From NCBI GenBank assembly GCA_035262265.1, contig DATFTG010000006.1, forward strand, positions 1 through 47,190: a DNA stretch of 47,190 bases, written 5' to 3'. Under the pieces are notes generated by a model that did no database searches, was not told where the DNA came from, and was given only the letters and a program-made list of their open reading frames with translations. Made by a program: the position numbers and the translations under genes. How positions within the stretch are numbered: position 1 is the first letter of the stretch; each line of letters starts with the position of its first letter. This stretch comes from Gemmatimonadales bacterium. GTDB lineage: Bacteria; Gemmatimonadota; Gemmatimonadetes; Gemmatimonadales; GWC2-71-9. Positions 1 to 9,747 of this stretch are shown piece after piece.

Positions 1-555
1 CGCCACGCGCGACATCGGCAGCTCGAGCAGCCCCGGACGGACTTGTACCACCGGCTGCTCGGGATCGATCGCGGTCGTGAGCTGGCCGTAGCGGTCGTGC
101 GCTTTGAAATCGTAGAAGCTCGAGTCGTACCAGTACCCGGCTTCGGCGAGGTAGTCGAGCACGGCGTCCGAGATCGAGAACATCGGGGCGCGGATGCCCC
201 ACACGCGCGTCCCCGCCAGTTGCTCGAGGGTGTCCCGGGCGCGCGTCAGATCCTCAGCCAGCGCCTGGCGCGACAGGCTATAGAGTCGTTGGTGCGTGTC
301 GGAGTGGCTGGCGATCTCGTGCCCTTCGGCCACCATGCGCCGCACCAGCGCGGGGTACTGCCGGGCTACCCACCCCAGAACGAAGCAGGTCGCCTTGGCG
401 CCGGCACCGGCCAGGGCATCGAGCAGCTCGTGCGTGTTGGCCTCGACGCGGGATTCGAGGCGAGTCCAATCGGTAGTGGGAAGCGCGGCTTTGACGTTTT
501 CAGCGTGGAACCACTCCTCGACATCGAACGAGGCGAGGAAGACCGGACCACTCAT
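1..555 (-). CDS. Polysaccharide deacetylase (CE4/NodB-like) family protein, first 185 codons; 3' end lies beyond the left window edge
   Basis: Absent from the ORF track because there is no stop in the window. Hand translation of the minus strand from ATG 555-553 gives MSGPVFLASFDVEEWFHAENVKAALPTTDWTRLESRVEANTHELLDALAGAGAKATCFVLGWVARQYPALVRRMVAEGHEIASHSDTHQRL... and stays open to position 1. FDVEEWFH and HSDTH motifs fit the deacetylase subfamily seen in exosortase-type EPS loci. ATGA start/stop overlap with the upstream formyltransferase gene. Confidence 0.8.
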   Translation of the reverse strand, partial: MSGPVFLASFDVEEWFHAENVKAALPTTDWTRLESRVEANTHELLDALAGAGAKATCFVLGWVARQYPALVRRMVAEGHEIASHSDTHQRLYSLSRQALAEDLTRARDTLEQLAGTRVWGIRAPMFSISDAVLDYLAEAGYWYDSSFYDFKAHDRYGQLTTAIDPEQPVVQVRPGLLELPMSRVA

Positions 556-1382
556 ATCATGCGCTTGCCCTTGGCGCGCAGCTGCGCGACATCGGCGGGT
601 GTGGGGAACTTGAAGTAGCGCTTCCGGGACATGTCGACGACGCTGGGGACGGGCCAGTCGGGTGTCTCGAGTCGCGCCAGGAGCCGGGCGACCTCGCGGC
701 CCGCGATCTCCTTCGCCCGGGCCGACAGGTCGAACTGCGAGTCCCGCGGTGTGATCGGCACCGGGTATTCGGCGAGCACCATTCCGGCGTCGAGCTTTTC
801 GACCATCGTGTGCACCGTGATCGTCACCTCCGGCTCGTCGTGCAGCAGCGCCCAGAAGGTCGGCATCATCCCGCGATAGAACGGCAGCTTGCCATTGTGG
901 ATGTTAATCGCATGCGGCGTGGCGTGCAGCGCCGCGGCGCGGAAGATCTCCGGCGCCGAGACCGAGAGCAGCACATCGACCTGGCGCTCGCCGAGGGTCC
1001 GCAGATAACTCTCGTCGTTGATCGACGCGAGTTGGCGGATCGGCACGCCGGCGTTGGCGGCCAATGCCGCGACCGAGCGCGGGCGTCCGGTCAGGTCGCC
1101 GAGGCGGGCCATGCCGTAGCGTGCCAGCAGCCGGGTCAGGTCGACGGTGCCGTAGAGGCGCTGGAACCGTTTCAACAGGGTCAGCCGCGGCTCGTTGAAG
1201 TTGCGCAGCAACACGATCTCGAGCAGCCGGACACGGCTGCCGTTGATTGCGGCGAGGAACGATTCGAAGAACCGGCCCGTGAAGAAGGGGTCGTCCTGGG
1301 TGACGGCGACGACGGTCACCGGGCGGGTCGGAGTCACGTTGCGATCGTCTCGCGCTTCGAGTGTGGGCGAACCAAGGTACAT
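552..1382 (-). CDS. Formyltransferase (Formyl_trans_N type, Fmt/ArnA-N-like, 276 aa), probably a sugar N-formyltransferase
   Basis: C-terminal part of track ORF 552..2288. Start set at ATG 1382-1380 (MYLGSPTLEARDD...); the upstream 300 codons are Arg/Pro-rich junk overlapping the next gene. Motifs INIHNGKLPFYRG (N-x-H...LP..RG) and EKLDAGMV match the formyltransferase catalytic core. Shorter than a typical tRNA formyltransferase. Confidence 0.8.
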   Translation of the reverse strand: MYLGSPTLEARDDRNVTPTRPVTVVAVTQDDPFFTGRFFESFLAAINGSRVRLLEIVLLRNFNEPRLTLLKRFQRLYGTVDLTRLLARYGMARLGDLTGRPRSVAALAANAGVPIRQLASINDESYLRTLGERQVDVLLSVSAPEIFRAAALHATPHAINIHNGKLPFYRGMMPTFWALLHDEPEVTITVHTMVEKLDAGMVLAEYPVPITPRDSQFDLSARAKEIAGREVARLLARLETPDWPVPSVVDMSRKRYFKFPTPADVAQLRAKGKRMI

Positions 1383-1459
1383 GGTGTGGTTGTTGGGTGA
1401 AATGTTGAGGGGCGCCGAAGCGCCCCTCGTTGGCAACTGGTCAAGCCCGTCAATGCCGC

Positions 1460-2179
1460 TTACCAGCCGCCTTTGCGCAGGACGACCACCGGGACCGTCC
1501 GCAACATGATCTTGAGGTCCTCGGTGAACGACTGTTTGCCGATGTACTCCAGATCCAGACTCACCTTGCGCTTCACATCTTCGATCGAGGCATCGTAGTG
1601 GTGGTTGATCTGCGCCCACCCCGTGATGCCCGGCCGCACCTTGTGGCGCAGCGGGTAGTCCGTGATCTGCTGCTGCAGGTTGCTGACGATGCTCGGCTGC
1701 TCGGGCCGCGGGCCGACGATGTTCATGTCGCCCAACAGGACATTGAACAGCTGGGGCAGCTCGTCCAGGCGATACTTCCGCAGCACACGCCCCACCGACG
1801 TCACCCGGGGGTCGTCGGGACGCGCCCAGACCTGCTCCGTCTTGGGCTGCACGTGCATGGTCCGGAACTTGTAAATCCGGAAGGGCTTCCCGCCCAGATC
1901 GAGCTGCCGTCGACCGTTGCCTGCGTCCTTGGTCAGGTCGCGGCGGTCGAGACCAACACGGGTCTGCACGAACACCACCGGGCCGCGCGACGTCAGCTTG
2001 ATCAACGCCGCGACTACCAGCATCACCGGAGCGGCCACGATGATCCCGATCATTGCCACGAACACGTTGAGCGCCCGCCGGGCACCCTCGGCCTGTGGCT
2101 CGGACGGGCCGAGTCCGCGGACCAGGGCGATGGGCGGCCGCACAGTAAACGTGTCGGCGGCAAGGTTCGAAGCGGTCAT
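1460..2179 (-). CDS. Small bacterial sugar transferase (polyprenyl-phosphate phosphoglycosyl transferase, 239 aa)
   Basis: C-terminal part of track ORF 1460..2893. Start at ATG 2179-2177 (MTASNLAADT...). One N-terminal TM (VFVAMIGIIVAAPVMLVVAALI), then KFRTM, DELPQLFNVLLGDMNIVGPRP and PGITGWAQI motifs of the Bac_transf family. Confidence 0.9.
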   Translation of the reverse strand: MTASNLAADTFTVRPPIALVRGLGPSEPQAEGARRALNVFVAMIGIIVAAPVMLVVAALIKLTSRGPVVFVQTRVGLDRRDLTKDAGNGRRQLDLGGKPFRIYKFRTMHVQPKTEQVWARPDDPRVTSVGRVLRKYRLDELPQLFNVLLGDMNIVGPRPEQPSIVSNLQQQITDYPLRHKVRPGITGWAQINHHYDASIEDVKRKVSLDLEYIGKQSFTEDLKIMLRTVPVVVLRKGGW

Positions 2180-2312
2180 CGGGCGGCTGTCCCGGTTCGA
2201 GTGGTTGCTGCGAGCTAACGGGGCCTGTCGGCCCCCCGTAGCGTCCACAAGCAAGGGTCGTGCGCAGCCGTACCGGAATAGGCCACAAGCGGAAGTACTT
2301 ATGTTTATTGGA

Positions 2313-2331
2313 GTTACGAATTCGTTACGAA
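2313..2331. promoter_or_regulatory. Direct repeat GTTACGAA-TTC-GTTACGAA containing the palindrome ACGAATTCGT; candidate operator upstream of the transferase/formyltransferase/deacetylase operon
   Basis: Read directly: GTTACGAA at 2313-2320 and 2324-2331, an 11-bp register, in a visibly lower-GC stretch about 135-150 bp upstream of the minus-strand ATG at 2179. Confidence 0.3.
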
Positions 2332-2436
2332 ACCGTCGCCGATCGGTGATGAATCCGCTCTGCAGCGCCGCTCCGGTAGTTGTGGGGAAGTCGCTACAAG
2401 AGAACTTCATGCAAGGGCTTAGGTCGATAAAGCCAA

Positions 2437-2460
2437 GGGGGGGAGCGGATGCTCCCCCCC
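2437..2460 (-). terminator. Candidate intrinsic terminator downstream of the response-regulator gene
   Basis: Perfect 10-bp stem GGGGGGGAGC (2437-2446) / GCTCCCCCCC (2451-2460) with a 4-nt loop, 25 nt after the regulator stop. On the minus strand it is followed by TTGGCTTTAT. Confidence 0.5.
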
Positions 2461-2484
2461 AACTGAATCCGTGCCCAGACGGTG

Positions 2485-4014
2485 TTACTCGGACGCGGTT
2501 GCCAGGAGATTGCGCTCCAGGCCGTGACGCTCCATGAGACGATAGAGCGTCGTCCGATCGACGCCGGCGATGCGCGCGGCCTTCGACATGTTGCCCCCCG
2601 CCTGCTGCACGAGACGCGTCAGGTAGCGGCGCTCGAATGCCGAGAGCAGCCGCTCCCGGGCGGCGTGATAGCTCTCTCCGGGCGGTCCTTCGATCTCCAA
2701 CCCATTCGCCGGCTCGGCGGACGCCGGCTCGACGGCTCCGTCCTTTTGCTCCCCGATGAAGGGGATGTCTTCGGGCTGGACGTCGGCGCCCGGCTCGAGC
2801 AGCACGACGGCGTGCTCCACGACGTTCTGCAGCTCCCGGACGTTCCCGGGCCATGAGTGCGTAGAGAGGGCCCGGATCGCCGCCGGCGTCCACGTGGGGA
2901 GCGGCTGGCTGGCGTCGCGATGTCGCTTCCAGTAGTAGGACAGGAAGTGGTTGGCAAGCAGCGGAATGTCTTCGGGACGCGAGCGCAGCGGCGGCATGTG
3001 AATCGGCACCACGCGCAGTCGGTAGTAGAGATCCTCGCGGAGCGCCCCGGAGGCGACCGCCTCGTCGGGATCGATGTTGGTCGCGGCGATGAAGCGCACG
3101 TTCACGACGGCGTCGGTCGTTTCGCTGCCGACGCGCCGCACCACGCCGTCCTGAATCACGCGCAGCAGCTTCGCCTGGATCGGCTTCGGCATTTCGATCA
3201 GCTCGTCGAGGAACATCGTGCCGCCGTTGGCGGTCTCGAGCAGGCCGGGCTTGTCGCGGACCGCGCCGGTGAACGCGCCCTTCACGTGCCCGAACATCTC
3301 CGATTCGAGCAGCGCCTCGGGCAGCGCCGCGCAGTTGATCGCGACGAGCGGCCGGCTGGAGCGGCGGCTGTAGTGGTGAATAAATTGCGCGATCAGCTCT
3401 TTGCCCGAGCCGCTTTCGCCGGTGATGAACACCGAGGCATCGGTGGCCGCCACCTTGCGGGCCAGCGCGATGATCTTGCGGAAGGCGGGGGCGCTGCCGA
3501 GGACGTTGAATTTCTCCGACTCGCCCTCGGTCTTCTCGAGCTGCGCCTGCATTTTCTGGGATTCGCGCGCCACCATGACGGCATGGGCGGCGCGTCCGAT
3601 CAGGATCTGTAAGTGTGTGGCGGAGAACGGTTTGGGAAGATAGTCCCAGGCCCCCGTGCGCAGCGCCTCGAGGCTCGAGTCGACGCTCGGGTTCCCGGTC
3701 ATCACGATCACGATCGTCTCGGCGTGCGTCGCGAGCGCTGCGCGCAGCAGCTCCATTCCCGGGACCTGGCTCATGTAGAGATCGACGAGGACGATGTCGA
3801 ACGCCCGGCGCTTGATCGTTTCGAGCGCCTTATCGCCGCGCGAGCAGATCGTGACGTTGTAGCCTTCGGCCTCGAGATACGACGCGCAGCTCTCGCGCAT
3901 GACGCGCTCGTCGTCGACCACGAGAATGCTGAGGCTGGCGCGGGCCCGGGGATCTACCTGGACCAGCTTGGATACGTCACGACCGAGTGTCGGGTCTGTG
4001 GTGTTCACGGACAC
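2485..4014 (-). CDS. Sigma-54-dependent response regulator (NtrC family: REC + AAA+ + Fis-type HTH)
   Basis: REC domain (ILVVDDE...DIVLVDLYM...KPF). AAA+ Walker A GESGSGKE, sigma-54 contact loop GAFTGA, ESEMFGH, WPGNVRELQN. C-terminal HTH GNMSKAARIAGVDRTTLYRLMERHGL. No ATG lies close to the REC domain, so the start is placed at GTG 4014-4012, preceded by GAGGGA at 7-nt spacing. GTG 4008 is an alternative. Confidence 0.9.
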   Translation of the reverse strand: MSVNTTDPTLGRDVSKLVQVDPRARASLSILVVDDERVMRESCASYLEAEGYNVTICSRGDKALETIKRRAFDIVLVDLYMSQVPGMELLRAALATHAETIVIVMTGNPSVDSSLEALRTGAWDYLPKPFSATHLQILIGRAAHAVMVARESQKMQAQLEKTEGESEKFNVLGSAPAFRKIIALARKVAATDASVFITGESGSGKELIAQFIHHYSRRSSRPLVAINCAALPEALLESEMFGHVKGAFTGAVRDKPGLLETANGGTMFLDELIEMPKPIQAKLLRVIQDGVVRRVGSETTDAVVNVRFIAATNIDPDEAVASGALREDLYYRLRVVPIHMPPLRSRPEDIPLLANHFLSYYWKRHRDASQPLPTWTPAAIRALSTHSWPGNVRELQNVVEHAVVLLEPGADVQPEDIPFIGEQKDGAVEPASAEPANGLEIEGPPGESYHAARERLLSAFERRYLTRLVQQAGGNMSKAARIAGVDRTTLYRLMERHGLERNLLATASE

Positions 4015-4147
4015 GGGCGTCTGTTCCCTCGTGGCAAGAGTCCATCGTCGCGGCGCCGCTGCGTCGCGCTTGTCAGGTGCCGGCAATGCAGGGATCGGGC
4101 CTGTCAGCGCCGCGTGCTGTAGATGGTTGTGCAGCCACGATATATGG

Positions 4148-4298
4148 TTGCCGAGCCGCAACAAAGCCGTTGCACGCAAGCGTCAAAGTGTTGCATATTT
4201 GCAACGCTTTGTGGTGTTTCGCAAGTTTGGGATCGTACCGGCGCATCAGCGCTTGCTGCAAAAGAGGGCGATGTAACGGGGCGGTCTGGACCTTGCAA
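4148..4298. promoter_or_regulatory. Cluster of TTGC-N(0-6)-GCAA palindromes in the divergent regulator / Wzz-kinase intergenic region
   Basis: TTGCcgagccGCAA 4148-4161, TTGCacGCAA 4170-4179, TTGCAtattTGCAA 4191-4204, half-site TTTCGCAA 4217-4224, TTGCtGCAA 4253-4261, TTGCAA 4293-4298. The binding factor is unknown. Confidence 0.35.
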
Positions 4299-4395
4299 CA
4301 GTTGAAGCCTAGCGTTTAAAGGCTTGACGCTTTTCCCCCTGGCGCAGGGATTCTTTCGTAGAGTCTCTGGCCATTCCGCTTGAGGTCTAGACTCG

Positions 4396-6792
4396 ATGCC
4401 GAACGAATTGCCGGTTCCACCGCCGGTCCCGCAGCCTGTCCCGCATTCGACGGCGCTGCAGGCCAGCCAGGGCCTTCCTGCGCCGATGCTGTATGGCGAC
4501 GCGCAGCTGCCGGGTGGCGGTCCCGACTGGCGCCGGATCTTCACATCGGTCATGCGATTCAAGTGGCTGGTGCTGGGGGTCGTCGTCGCCGGCACCGCGG
4601 CGGGGTGGGGCCTCTCAAAATTCCTCTTCAAGCCGATGTACGACGCGCGCGCGACGGTGTGGGTCGACGTCGTGCAGCCAGGCAGCCATTCGGGCACGAC
4701 GTTCAACGATCCAAGCACGCTGCCAATCTCCACCGGCTGGACCGATCTCCTCACCTCCGACGTCGTGATGGATTGGGTCGTACGGGAGCACCGGTTGTAT
4801 CTCGGCTGGGCGCAGGCCGGTGATTCCGTGTTGTTCGGCAAAGCCTTCGATATTCCCAACACCGGGCGGTTTCGCGCTGGCGCGTACACGCTGAAGGTCG
4901 ACAGCACGGGCACGCACTACACGCTGGTCGACTCCGACGGCAACAAGGCGGAGACCGGCTTGGTCGGGGATTCGATTGGCCGGACGCAAGGATGGCTGTG
5001 GCGGCCCGCGAAAGAGGCGCTGCCCAAAGGGCACGTCGTGGTCTTCAACGTCGCACCGCCGCATGAGACGGCGCTGTCTCTCGCCGTGTCATTGTCGGTC
5101 CGCACCGACGAAGACGGCAACTTCATGCGCCTCGATCTCAAGGATCAGGACCCCGAATTCGCGGCGTCGACGCTCAATGCGATCATCGAGCGGTTCGTGG
5201 CGCAGGCCGCTGACATGAAACGGGAAAAGGTCCAGGCGCTGAAGGTCATCCTGAACGAACAGGTCGACCGCGCGCGCGCCAAGAAGACGCTCGCGGAGCA
5301 GGCGCTGGCCGCATTCCGGACCCGCTACGCCACCCAGCTGGCGATGCAGGGGCAAAACGGCATGCCGGACGCTCGTGATCCCACCACCAACGTGTTCTTC
5401 ACCGGGCAGGTCACCCTGGAGCAGCTCCAGAGCGATCAAAAGGTCATCCAGCGCGCCCTGCAGCAGGTCGACTCGGGGATCAACGCCGAAGAGCTGGAGA
5501 ACGTCCCCGCCGTGCAGCGCTCGACGGAGTTGATCGCCGCGTTGCGCGAGCTGACGTCGCGCGAAGCCGATCTGCGCACCTTGCGCTATCGCTACACCGA
5601 CGAGCAGCCGTCGGTGAAGCGCTTGATCAGCGAGATCGACGATCTCAAGAAGCACACGATCCCGGCCATCGCCCAGGCCCTGAACGCGCAGCTCGGCGTG
5701 CAGATCAGCGATCAGCAACACCGCCTCGCCAGCGGATCCAACGTCATCCAGGGCATTCCGACCCTGGCGATCCAGGACGCGCGACTGAGCTTCGAAGTGA
5801 CTTCGGCGACGCAATCGCTGCAGCTGCTGCAGACGAACTACGACCAGGTCAACATCGCCGATGCCGGCACGTTGCCGGACGTCAAGATTCTCGATCCGGC
5901 CGTCGAGCCGAAGCGCCCCGTCGGCAGTCTCGCGCCGGTCCTGATCGCGCTCGCCTTCCTCGGCAGCCTCGGAGCGGGAGTCGTCGGGGCGGTGCTGCTC
6001 GACAAGACCGACACGCGGTTCCGCTATCCCGAGCAGGTCTCGACGGACATGGGGCTCACCATCCTCGGCGTCGTGCCCCGGGTGAGCCGCGAGAACGGCA
6101 ACGGCCGCAACGCGCCACAGGTCATCGAGGCGCTGCGCTCCATCCGTCTGGGCGTGCAGAACGCCTACGGCACGGGCCCGATGGTGCTGACGATCACCAG
6201 CCCGGGCTCGAGCGACGGCAAGTCGTTCATCACCTCGAATCTCGGCCTCGCGTTCGCCGACGCCGGCCTGCGGACGATCGTGATCGACGGTGACATCCGC
6301 CGCGGCCTGTTGCATCGCGTGTTGAACGCCAAGCGCAAGCCCGGTTTGATCGATCACCTGAGCGGCAATGCGGGTCGTGAGGAAATCATCCAGAAGACCG
6401 ACTTCCCGCAGCTCAGCTTTATCGGATGCGGCCAGCGCACTCCGAACGGGCCGGAGCTGCTCAGCTCCCCCGCCATGGCGCAGCTCATCACGTCGCTGCG
6501 CGCCCGCTTCGACGTCATTCTGGTGGATTCCGCGCCGATGGCCGCCGGGGTCGATCCCTACGTGCTCGGCACGCTGACCGGCAATCTGTTGCTGGTGATG
6601 CGGACCGGCGTCACCGATCGCGAGCTCGCCCAGGCCAAGATCGACCTGCTCGATCGCCTGCCGGTGCGCGTGCTGGGCGCCGTGCTCAACGACGTCGAGG
6701 CGGGAGGCGCGTACCGCTACTACGCCTACTACCTCGCGGGTTACGAAGTCGCCGAGGAAGACGCCGAAAAGAAGCTCGTCCGTCCCGGTTGA
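4396..6792 (+). CDS. Polysaccharide co-polymerase fused to a BY-type tyrosine autokinase (Wzz/GumC-like + Wzc/EpsG-like)
   Basis: Pro-rich N-terminus, TM (WLVLGVVVAGTAAGWGL), long coiled-coil periplasmic region, second TM (LAPVLIALAFLGSLGAGVVGAVLL). Walker A PGSSDGKS, Walker A' VIDGDIRR, Walker B ILVDSAP. C-terminal Tyr cluster YRYYAYYLAGY. GAGG lies 8 nt upstream of the ATG. Confidence 0.9.
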   Translation: MPNELPVPPPVPQPVPHSTALQASQGLPAPMLYGDAQLPGGGPDWRRIFTSVMRFKWLVLGVVVAGTAAGWGLSKFLFKPMYDARATVWVDVVQPGSHSGTTFNDPSTLPISTGWTDLLTSDVVMDWVVREHRLYLGWAQAGDSVLFGKAFDIPNTGRFRAGAYTLKVDSTGTHYTLVDSDGNKAETGLVGDSIGRTQGWLWRPAKEALPKGHVVVFNVAPPHETALSLAVSLSVRTDEDGNFMRLDLKDQDPEFAASTLNAIIERFVAQAADMKREKVQALKVILNEQVDRARAKKTLAEQALAAFRTRYATQLAMQGQNGMPDARDPTTNVFFTGQVTLEQLQSDQKVIQRALQQVDSGINAEELENVPAVQRSTELIAALRELTSREADLRTLRYRYTDEQPSVKRLISEIDDLKKHTIPAIAQALNAQLGVQISDQQHRLASGSNVIQGIPTLAIQDARLSFEVTSATQSLQLLQTNYDQVNIADAGTLPDVKILDPAVEPKRPVGSLAPVLIALAFLGSLGAGVVGAVLLDKTDTRFRYPEQVSTDMGLTILGVVPRVSRENGNGRNAPQVIEALRSIRLGVQNAYGTGPMVLTITSPGSSDGKSFITSNLGLAFADAGLRTIVIDGDIRRGLLHRVLNAKRKPGLIDHLSGNAGREEIIQKTDFPQLSFIGCGQRTPNGPELLSSPAMAQLITSLRARFDVILVDSAPMAAGVDPYVLGTLTGNLLLVMRTGVTDRELAQAKIDLLDRLPVRVLGAVLNDVEAGGAYRYYAYYLAGYEVAEEDAEKKLVRPG

Positions 6793-6895
6793 CTCGATGC
6801 GGGGTACCAGCCTGTCGTGGCCCCAAACTTGAAGTATCGGGCGTTTCGTTGACACGGAACGCTGGTCACGACGGGTTGCGGAGGACCTAGACGCG

Positions 6896-8725
<1,830 letters not shown>

Positions 8726-8727
8726 GC

Positions 8728-8762
8728 TAGACGCATAGACGTGTGGACGCATAGACGCGTAG
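8728..8762. repeat. Tandem octamer array TAGACGCA-TAGACGTG-TGGACGCA-TAGACGCG-TAG
   Basis: Read directly. Four 8-nt units begin 3 nt after the glmS stop. The same unit occurs once at 6888-6895 abutting the glmS ATG, as an array at 36621-36653, and inverted at 37186-37193. Confidence 0.7.
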
Positions 8763-8791
8763 TTGTCCCGAACCCTATATTTCAGGACCCA

Positions 8792-9586
8792 ATGATTCGC
8801 ACCACCCTGGTGGTTATGGGCGCAGCTCTGCTGCTGTCTTCGAGTGTCGTGGCGCAGCAACAGACACAGCAGCCGAGCGACAGCGCGGTGGCCGCACGAC
8901 TCACGGTCACGCGGGACACGCTGCAGGCGATCCTGCAGCGTATCGACTCGGCCGGCGGCTCCGATACGACCAAAGGCGACCAGAAGCAGCGGGCGCTGGC
9001 CCAGCAGATCCGGGCGCGCATGACCCGGGGTGACTTCCTGCCGGGCGATCGCATCAAGCTCGTGGTCGACAGCGAGCCGCAGCTCTCCGATACGTTCCCG
9101 GTGGGCCCGAGCCAGGAATTGGTGCTCCCCATCGTCGGCGTCATTTCGCTCCACGGCGTGCTGCGCTCAGAGCTGCAGGCGGCGATGACGCGCGAATTGG
9201 GGCGGTTTCTGCGCGAGCCCATCGTCCGCGCTACGCCCCTGATCCGGCTGTCGATCGCCGGTGAGGTCGCGCGGCCGGGCTACTACATGATGTCGCCCAC
9301 CGAGGTGCTGTCCGACGTCGTCACCGCCGCGGGCGGAACGACGCAGAATGCCGAAGTGGAGAAGATGTACGTGCAGCGCGGCGACAATCGGCTCTACGAG
9401 GGCAATGCGCTGCAGGGGCTGATCTCCGAAGGGCGCACGCTGGATGAAGCCAGTATCCGGCCAGGAGACAAGTTCGTGATTCCCACCCGGAACACCGACA
9501 GCGTCTTCTATACAGTGCGCACGATCTCCATCCTCCTGAGCATCCCGCTGACGATCTACGCCCTGACCCAGGTCTTCAAGAAGTAG
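8792..9586 (+). CDS. Small polysaccharide export protein (Wza-like: Poly_export + SLBB, 264 aa)
   Basis: Start moved to ATG 8792 (MIRTTLVVMGAALLLSSSVVAQQ signal peptide). PGDRIKLVV...LPIVGVISLHG export motif, SLBB-like IAGEVARPGYY...IRPGDKFVIP, C-terminal hydrophobic helix ISILLSIPLTIYALTQVF. Confidence 0.85.
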   Translation: MIRTTLVVMGAALLLSSSVVAQQQTQQPSDSAVAARLTVTRDTLQAILQRIDSAGGSDTTKGDQKQRALAQQIRARMTRGDFLPGDRIKLVVDSEPQLSDTFPVGPSQELVLPIVGVISLHGVLRSELQAAMTRELGRFLREPIVRATPLIRLSIAGEVARPGYYMMSPTEVLSDVVTAAGGTTQNAEVEKMYVQRGDNRLYEGNALQGLISEGRTLDEASIRPGDKFVIPTRNTDSVFYTVRTISILLSIPLTIYALTQVFKK

Positions 9587-9616
9587 TCGTTCCGCCCCGA
9601 ACCAGGCGAAAATTGA

Positions 9617-9645
9617 CCCCGGCATGACCTGCCGGGGTATTTGTT
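9617..9645 (+). terminator. Candidate intrinsic terminator after the small Wza-like gene
   Basis: CCCCGGCA (9617-9624) / TGCCGGGG (9630-9637) 8-bp stem with a 5-nt loop, followed by TATTTGTT. Confidence 0.55.
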
Positions 9646-9747
9646 AGGACCCCACAACCGCTGTGGACATCTAGGCAAGCCGTTGCGCTGCTTGTAAATT
9701 GGGCGTCCCCGGTCCTACACAGGTTTTCCACAAGAGGAGCCGTCCGG

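Noticed and set aside
43-618. 191-aa plus-strand ORF at the left edge
   Set aside because: It lies antisense to a minus-strand reading frame with clear polysaccharide-deacetylase motifs (hand-translated, 1-555). Its own sequence is Arg/Gly/Val-rich with no recognisable motif.
4339-4355. Sigma-54 -24/-12 promoter (CTGGCGCAGGGATTCTT); also TGGTTGCCGAGCCGCA at 4145-4160
   Set aside because: The first has a good -24 half but lacks the near-invariant GC at -12. The second has GG-N10-GC spacing but poor flanking matches, which is expected by chance in GC-rich DNA.
6793-6895. glmS ribozyme upstream of glmS
   Set aside because: The intergenic region is only 103 bp, shorter than the ribozyme as I recall it (about 170 nt). 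I see no recognisable conserved core, and glmS appears co-transcribed with the kinase gene.
8728-8762. CRISPR array or other spacer-repeat system (octamer arrays; heptamer arrays at 36427, 37334, 42151)
   Set aside because: The units are 7-8 nt and directly tandem with no spacers. They are far shorter than CRISPR repeats, and no cas genes are present.
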